DNA of 64,000 nt from Alphaproteobacteria bacterium. Lineage in GTDB: Bacteria; Pseudomonadota; Alphaproteobacteria; Bin95. The DNA is taken from assembly GCA_963665325.3 (NCBI GenBank), contig OZ224045.1:2432001-2496000 (forward strand), read 5' to 3'. Made by a program: the position numbers and the translations under genes. This document shows, piece after piece, positions 58,631 through 64,000 of this stretch; within the stretch, counting starts at the first letter, position 1, and every line of letters starts with the position of its first letter. The notes below the pieces were generated by a model. It did no database searches. It saw only the letters and a list, made by a program, of their open reading frames with translations, and was not told the origin of the DNA.

Positions 58631-58658
58631 ATGGTATCATAAAATGCCCTCGTGTCAA
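58631..58658 (-). promoter_or_regulatory. Transposase promoter just inside the terminal IR
   Basis: TTGACA-16 nt-TACCAT with an extended TG on the minus strand. Confidence 0.55.
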
Positions 58659-59106
58659 ACGGATTTGGCTAGCATTCGCCATAATCACCCAAATTTTGGT
58701 TAATGTGTATCGCTATACAGTTCGCCTAACAGCTCATTACATGGCTCAAGGAGATGCGCTTTTGTTGGCAAACGAGGAAGGCAAATCTCTATCAAGCATG
58801 ATGCGGGTGTTGTCGCCACTAGATGTAGATTTTGGCAGAAGGGCTAACTTTCCAATGCAACAAATTATAAAATTATTGCGCGAGGCTAGGCGGACAACTG
58901 ACCGGTAAGGCGGATTTAGGTCTTTGGGATTCCGAAGAGTGGGAAGGTCTTAGCTCGTGCCATGCCACCCTTTTCTTGGTGGCCATGTCGATCTCTCGCG
59001 GACCGAGTGTTTTGCGGAGCAGATCATAGAATCCGCCGGGAGCCGGAGCGGTTGGCGTTCGATCCGTGTATCAGGTAGTAGTCGAACAGGACCATTCGGC
59101 CGGCTT

Positions 59107-59490
59107 CTAGTAGAAATCGACCGTGTCGAGTTCGCCGTTCTGCACCTTTTCCGGGTCGTCGTTGGAGCAGCGAGGAAAGAGAGTGCGCGCACGATGGCTG
59201 CCGGGCAGGGCGCGCAGGCAGCCGTTTTGGGTCGTCGCATCGTCGAAGGCGATCCAGCAGCTTGTCGTGGCCAGCGGGCGGATGATGGCCTCATAGACGG
59301 GCGAGGCCTTACCGCCCGCGCGGGGGATATGCGGCGCGATCAGCCGTTCCGGCGGCAGGTTCGGGTTCTCCGCCATCAGCCGTTCCAGCGCAGCCCGCAT
59401 CTCGTCGAGTTGCGCCGGCGGTAGCCGGTAATCCGGCACGACGAAGCCGTCGTACCGATAGGCCTCGCCGTCGGCAGCGGGAAGCGCCAT
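59107..59490 (-). pseudogene. Degraded PhyH-family dioxygenase (internal deletion and 3' truncation)
   Basis: Y..DGFVVP, IRPLAT.SCWIAFDDAT..NGCLR.LPGSH are retained, but the HxD motif and the C-terminal His region are missing. It abuts the AT-rich islet. Confidence 0.75.
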
Positions 59491-59497
59491 CCGTCTC

Positions 59498-60586
59498 CTA
59501 TTCCATCACGATTCGCGGCGCGACGGGGCCGGTCGCGCGGCGGGCTTCGACCTCGCGCCAGAGGCGGGCGGCGATTTCGCGGAAGGCCTGGCCGGAGGGG
59601 GAGGTGTCGTCGGCGGCTGCGGGTGTGCCGGCGTCGCAGCGTTCGCGGAGTTCCAGCGCCAGCGGGGCTTCGCCGAGGAAGGGCGCGCCGAGCTTTTCCG
59701 CTTCCGCGCGCGCGCCGCCCGAGCCGAAGATATGGGTGCCCTTGCCGCAATGTGGGCAGACGAACACCGACATGTTCTCGACGAGGCCCAGCACCGGCAC
59801 CTCGACCTTGCGGAACATGGAAATGCCCCGCCGGGCGTCGAGCAGCGCGATATCCTGCGGCGTCGAGACGATAACCGCCCCGGTGAGCGGCACGCGCTGG
59901 GAGAGCGTCAGCTGCGCGTCTCCCGTCCCCGGCGGCATGTCGATGAGCAGCACGTCGAGGTCGCCCCAGGCGACATCGCCGATGAGCTGCTGCACCGCGC
60001 TCATCACCATCGGCCCGCGCCAGATCATCGCCGTCTCTTCCGAAATCAGGAAGCCGATCGACATGCAGGCCACGCCCCATTTTCGCATCGGCTCCAGCGT
60101 CTTTTCGCCGACAAGCGACGGCTTGCCGGAAATGCCCATCATGCGCGGCAGGGAGGGGCCGAAGATGTCGCTGTCCATGAGCCCGACAGCGAGGCCCTGC
60201 CGGGAGAGCGCGACCGCGAGGTTGACGGCCACGGTGGATTTGCCGACGCCGCCCTTGCCGGAGGCGACGGCGACGATGCTCTTCACGCCCGGCAGCTCGA
60301 TCCGGCCCGAAGTCTGCCCGGAGGTGCTGCCGGCCGGCCGGCGCTCCGGGGGCGGCGCGGCGGCGCGTTCGGCGGTCAGCACCACGGTGGCGCTGGTGAC
60401 GCCGGGCAGGGCGGTGAGCGCGGCCTCGATGGCGCGGCGCTCGTCCCCGGCCTCCCCGGCCAGGCCGGGTTCCACCTCCAGTGACAGCTGCACCGCACCG
60501 TCCTTGACGGCGATGCCGCCGACGCGCCCGATGAGCGCCAGGTCCTGCGCTGCGGCGCGAATGTCCGATTCCGTCGGTTCGACCAT
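59498..60586 (-). CDS. mrp: Mrp/ApbC (NBP35 family) Fe-S cluster carrier ATPase
   Basis: VASGKGGVGKST, DIFGPS, WRGPMV, DMPPGTGD and ENMS.F.CPHC motifs. Confidence 0.95.
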   Translation of the reverse strand: MVEPTESDIRAAAQDLALIGRVGGIAVKDGAVQLSLEVEPGLAGEAGDERRAIEAALTALPGVTSATVVLTAERAAAPPPERRPAGSTSGQTSGRIELPGVKSIVAVASGKGGVGKSTVAVNLAVALSRQGLAVGLMDSDIFGPSLPRMMGISGKPSLVGEKTLEPMRKWGVACMSIGFLISEETAMIWRGPMVMSAVQQLIGDVAWGDLDVLLIDMPPGTGDAQLTLSQRVPLTGAVIVSTPQDIALLDARRGISMFRKVEVPVLGLVENMSVFVCPHCGKGTHIFGSGGARAEAEKLGAPFLGEAPLALELRERCDAGTPAAADDTSPSGQAFREIAARLWREVEARRATGPVAPRIVME

Positions 60587-60713
60587 GAGCGCCGTGCGCC
60601 TCCGTTGACACAAGGAATATGCGCGGCCCATTCCAACGCCGGGCGCCCTGCTCTATAAGGCGCCATGCGCGAATTCGGCGGACGCACGCGGAACGGCAAC
60701 GAGAGGTAGGCCC

Positions 60714-61919
60714 ATGCCCTGGCATAATCAAGGCGGCGGAGGCAGCGGCGGCCCTTGGGGCGGCGGTGGCGGCGGTGGCGGTCCCTGGGGCGGCAGCGGC
60801 GGTGGCGGCGGGGGTGGCGGCCCCTGGGGCGGCGGCGGCGGCAACCAGGGCGGCGGCGGCTGGGGCGGCGGGCGCGGGCCCGGCGGCGGCCCGCAGGCTC
60901 CCAATGTCGAGGAGGCGATCCGGCGCCTGCAGGACTGGCTGCGCCGGCGCATGCCGGGCGGCGGAGCCGGCGGTCGCGGCGGGCGCATCGGCATTCTGCT
61001 GGTGATTATCGTGTTGCTCGCCATCTGGGTGCTGAGCGGCTTCTACCGCGTGCAGACGGACGAGCAGGGCGTGGTGCTGCGCTTCGGCGAGCGCGTCGGC
61101 ACCACCACGCCGGGCCTCAACTACCATCTGCCCTATCCGATAGAGACGGTGGAAACGCCGAAGGTCACGCGCGTCAACCGCGTCGAGGTCGGCTTCCGCA
61201 GCGCGGAAGAGGCGCTGATGCTGACCGGCGACGAAAACATCGTCGATATCAATTTCGTCGTCTTCTGGATCATCAAGGAGGCCGGCGACTACCTGTTCAA
61301 TGTGCGGGAGCCGGAGCGGTCGGTTAAGGCGGCCGCCGAGAGCGTGATGCGCGAGATCGTCGGGCAGACGCCCATCGCCGCCGCGCTCGCCGAAGGCCGA
61401 GGCCAGATCGAGGACAAGGTCAAGGCCGGCGTGCAGGCCATACTGGACGACTACGGGACCGGCATCGAGATCACCGTCGTGCAACTGCTGAAGGTCGATC
61501 CGCCGAACCAGGTGGTGGACGCCTTCCGCGACGTGCAGCGCGCCCGCGCCGACCAGGAGCGGCTGCGCAACGAGGCGGAGTCCTACGCCAACGACATCAT
61601 CCCCCGCGCACGCGGCGAGGCGGAGCGGCTGGTGCAGGAGGCGGAAGCTTACAAGCAGGAGGTCGTGGCACGCTCCGAAGGCGACGCCCAGCGCTTCACC
61701 CAGGTCTATACGGCGTTCAGCGCCGCCAAGGACGTGACCACCAAGCGCATCTACCTGGAGACGATGGAGGAAATCCTCTCCAACGCGGACAAATACGTCA
61801 TCGACCAGAGCGGCGGCGCCTCCGGCGTCGTGCCCTATCTGCCGCTGCCCGAAGTGCAGAAGCGGATAAAGGCCGGCGACGCCGACGGGACCCAATCCAG
61901 CACGGGAGGCCTGCAATGA
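60714..61919 (+). CDS. hflK: FtsH modulator HflK
   Basis: MPW start with a Gly-rich tail; SPFH domain (GVVLRFG, MLTGDENIV, VVDAFRDVQ, RIYLETME). Confidence 0.96.
   Translation: MPWHNQGGGGSGGPWGGGGGGGGPWGGSGGGGGGGGPWGGGGGNQGGGGWGGGRGPGGGPQAPNVEEAIRRLQDWLRRRMPGGGAGGRGGRIGILLVIIVLLAIWVLSGFYRVQTDEQGVVLRFGERVGTTTPGLNYHLPYPIETVETPKVTRVNRVEVGFRSAEEALMLTGDENIVDINFVVFWIIKEAGDYLFNVREPERSVKAAAESVMREIVGQTPIAAALAEGRGQIEDKVKAGVQAILDDYGTGIEITVVQLLKVDPPNQVVDAFRDVQRARADQERLRNEAESYANDIIPRARGEAERLVQEAEAYKQEVVARSEGDAQRFTQVYTAFSAAKDVTTKRIYLETMEEILSNADKYVIDQSGGASGVVPYLPLPEVQKRIKAGDADGTQSSTGGLQ
60731..60890 (+). repeat. Low-complexity (GGC)n / GnPW repeats in the HflK N-terminus
   Basis: GGGGSGGPW GGGGGGGGPW GGSGGGGGGGGPW GGGGG... 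Confidence 0.8.
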
Positions 61920-62800
61920 GACATGCCGCGCTTTTCGGCGGCGCGATCCTGGTGATCGTGCTCGCCATCGTCGCCGCCAGCGCGCTGTTCACGGTGCACC
62001 AGACGCAGCAGGCCATCGTGATGCAGTTCGGCAACCCGAAGAGCGTGGTCCAGGAGCCGGGGCTGCATCTGAAGGCGCCGTTCTGGCAGAACGTGGTGTA
62101 TTTCGACGCCCGCGTGCTGGACTTCGCGCCGCAGGCCGAGGAGATCATCACTTCGGACCGCAAGCGCATGGTGGTGGACAGTTTCGTGCGCTACCGCATC
62201 GACGATCCGCTGCAATTCTACCAGTCGGTGGGCACGGAAACCCGCGTCCAGAGCCGTCTGGCCGGCGTGGTCGTCTCCAGCCTCCGGCGCGTCGTCGGCA
62301 ACAACAGCTTCAGCTCGATCCTCTCCGAGGAACGCGGCGACATCATGCTCAGCATCCGGCAGGCGGTGAACGCGGAGTCCAAGGAGTTCGGCATCGAGAT
62401 CGTCGATTTCCGGATTCGCCGCACCGACCTGCCGGACGCCAATGCGCAGTCGATCTACCAGCGCATGCGCACCGAGCGCGAGCGCGAGGCCAAGGAGTTC
62501 CGCGCCCAGGGGGCCGAGCTCGCCCAGCGCATCCGCGCCCGCGCCGACCGCGAGCGCACGGTGCTGATCGCGGAGTCGAAGAAGACGGCGCAGATCCGGC
62601 GAGGCGAGGGCGATGCCGACGCGATCCGCATCTATGCCGAGAGCTTCGGCCAGGACCCGGAATTCTTCGCCTTCTACCGCTCGATGGAGGCCTACCGGAA
62701 CGCGCTCGGCAAGGATAACACCACGCTGGTGCTGAGCCCGGACAGCGACTTCTTCAACTTCTTCGGCGACATTTCCGGCAGGGCCTCGAAGAGCGAATAG
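61916..62800 (+). CDS. hflC: FtsH modulator HflC
   Basis: PGLHLK.PF, RMRTERER and FFAFYRSMEAY motifs. Confidence 0.96.
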   Translation: MRHAALFGGAILVIVLAIVAASALFTVHQTQQAIVMQFGNPKSVVQEPGLHLKAPFWQNVVYFDARVLDFAPQAEEIITSDRKRMVVDSFVRYRIDDPLQFYQSVGTETRVQSRLAGVVVSSLRRVVGNNSFSSILSEERGDIMLSIRQAVNAESKEFGIEIVDFRIRRTDLPDANAQSIYQRMRTEREREAKEFRAQGAELAQRIRARADRERTVLIAESKKTAQIRRGEGDADAIRIYAESFGQDPEFFAFYRSMEAYRNALGKDNTTLVLSPDSDFFNFFGDISGRASKSE

Positions 62801-62821
62801 CCCGCCGCCGGCCCCGCCCGG

Positions 62822-63028
62822 ATGGAAGACTTCGCCCTCAGCGACTTCGTCACCGCGCTCGGCCTCGCCCTGGTGCTGGAAGGCGCGATATGGCTCGCCG
62901 CGCCCCAGTCCATGCGCCGCTTCATGCTCCGCCTCGCCGGCCATTCCCCCGCCATGCTCCGCTTCTGCGGCCTGACGGCGGCCATGCTCGGGCTGGCGGT
63001 GGTCTGGGCGGCGCGGCAGTGGGTATAG
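62822..63028 (+). CDS. DUF2065 (YjeT-like) small membrane protein
   Basis: ALGLALVLEG...LRFCGL; usual position after hflC. Confidence 0.85.
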   Translation: MEDFALSDFVTALGLALVLEGAIWLAAPQSMRRFMLRLAGHSPAMLRFCGLTAAMLGLAVVWAARQWV

Positions 63029-63037
63029 AGGCGGGCG

Positions 63038-63243
63038 CTAGAGCACGGTCCGTTCGAGTTGAACCGGGACCGGATATGCAACTCCGGTTGTCACCCCGGA
63101 CGGAGCGGAGCGGAGATCCGGGGTCCAGTCTACCGGGGCTTGACCAGGTTTCGAAAGCGGTTCTGGACCCCGGCTCGGGGGCCGGGGTGACGGTCTTGGG
63201 TTCGGTTCCAGTTTCGGTTCAATTCGAACGGATTCCGCTCTAG
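63038..63243. mobile_element. MITE-like element with ~35-bp imperfect terminal IRs and an internal REP-like palindrome pair
   Basis: Ends CTAGAGC..TCCGTTCGAGTTGAACCG and CGGTTCAATTCGAACGGA..GCTCTAG; internal GTCACCCCGG..CCGGGGTCCA..TGGACCCCGG..CCGGGGTGAC. Confidence 0.8.
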
Positions 63244-63381
63244 TCTTTATCCGCGGCCCCCCGATTTCACAAGAATGGGAGGGCTGATGTTGCGGACTTT
63301 GATCGGGCCGGCGCAAGACAGTGAGGGCGCTGTCGGCACGGGGCCAACATTGCGAAAGAAGCATACGCCCGTCCAAACGGA

Positions 63382-64000
63382 TCAGACATAGCTCACCACC
63401 TCACCAAGCGGTTTGCGGCCGATGTCCGGCACCTTCGCATTCTCGTCAGGGTAGCCGGCGACCAGCAGCAGGAAGGGGCGTTCGGCCGCCTTCGGGCGGC
63501 CCAGTATTTCGTTCAGGAATTTCATCGGGCTCGGCGTGTGGGTGAGCGTTGCGAGTCCGGCGACATGCAGGGCCGCGATCAGCATCCCGGTCGCGATCCC
63601 GACCGACTCTGCCGGGTAGTAGTGCTTGACGCGGCGGCCGTCGGCCAGCCGGCCGTATCTCTGGGAAAAGACCGCGATCAGCCAGGGCGCGCGTTCCAGG
63701 AACGGCTTGTGCTCGTCCGTTCCGAGCGGGGCCAGCGCGTCCAGCCACTCCTGCGGCGCCCGGTGCCGGTAGAACTCGAACTCCTCCTCTTCGGCGGCGA
63801 TCCGTATGCGCCGCTTCGTTTCCGGATTGCCCACCACGACGAAATGCCAGGGCTGAAGGTTCGCGCCGCTCGGCGCGGTGGTCGCGGCCTTCAGGCAGTC
63901 GTCGATGACCGCGCGCGGCACGGGCCGGTCGGAAAAGTCCCGGACCGTGCGCCGGCGCTTCAGCTCCGCATGGAACTCGCGCGCCCGGCGCATCATCTCG
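63382..64000 (-). CDS. Iodotyrosine deiodinase-like nitroreductase (5' end beyond the window)
   Basis: [33 protein letters not shown] and THTPSPM motifs. Confidence 0.82.
   Translation of the reverse strand, partial: EMMRRAREFHAELKRRRTVRDFSDRPVPRAVIDDCLKAATTAPSGANLQPWHFVVVGNPETKRRIRIAAEEEEFEFYRHRAPQEWLDALAPLGTDEHKPFLERAPWLIAVFSQRYGRLADGRRVKHYYPAESVGIATGMLIAALHVAGLATLTHTPSPMKFLNEILGRPKAAERPFLLLVAGYPDENAKVPDIGRKPLGEVVSYV

Larger units (their letters stand above)
54871..58689 (-). mobile_element. Complete IS1595-family transposon with passenger genes (3,819 bp)
   Basis: Perfect 24-bp terminal IRs GGTGATTATGGCGAATGCTAGCCA (54871-54894; complement at 58666-58689), an 8-bp TSD CAAATTTT (54863-54870 and 58690-58697) and an intact transposase. 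Confidence 0.95.
53747..58908 (+). pseudogene. AT-rich multi-TM/coiled-coil protein gene interrupted by the IS1595 element (join 53747-54870, 58698-58908; 444 aa when restored)
   Basis: Removing the element and one TSD copy gives an in-frame join (1124+211=1335 nt): ...IFMIQILV NVYRYTVRLTAHYMAQGDALL...TTDR*. Confidence 0.88.

Noticed and set aside
60731-60890. CRISPR-like or novel repeat in hflK
   Set aside because: It is the in-frame Gly-rich HflK N-terminus, a common low-complexity region with no spacers.
1-64000. Many long overlapping or antisense ORFs in the track (e.g. 3190-4467, 9864-11939, 17461-19218, 42860-44752, 49822-52104, 59376-61916)
   Set aside because: They are Arg/Pro/Ala-rich shadow frames of well-supported genes in GC-rich DNA, with no recognisable motifs.

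Overview
GC-rich chromosomal segment, most likely from an Alphaproteobacterium (ffs-dnaX-ybaB-recR, parvulin-argJ-mutT, mrp/hflK-hflC-DUF2065, trkH-apaG-ribF, tRNA-Val). Its many catabolic paralogues, toxin-antitoxin pairs and dehalogenase-like genes would fit a marine or host-associated lineage, but that is inference. Main points: (1) An AT-richer islet at the left end carries an IS5-disrupted, non-canonical cytochrome P450 and an MMPL/RND transporter, and is bounded by an IS66 remnant. (2) A ~10 kb locus holds four different molybdate/tungstate uptake systems (type II Mol-like ABC, TupABC, MOT1-type carrier, ModABC), plus an excisionase-HTH/PBP regulator and a 10-bp-phased GTCATG triplet upstream of modA. 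(3) An enolase-superfamily gene with a 1-nt frameshift lies inside an amino-acid ABC locus. (4) A complete 3,819-bp IS1595-family cargo transposon (54871-58689) has perfect 24-bp terminal inverted repeats and an 8-bp CAAATTTT target duplication. It splits an AT-rich membrane/coiled-coil gene and carries a GT25 glycosyltransferase, five small ORFs and a ~450-nt structured non-coding region whose loops echo the element's own ends. (5) A composite CTAG-bounded MITE follows hflKC. No CRISPR array or rRNA was seen. All product calls come from motif recognition by eye, and no database search was run.
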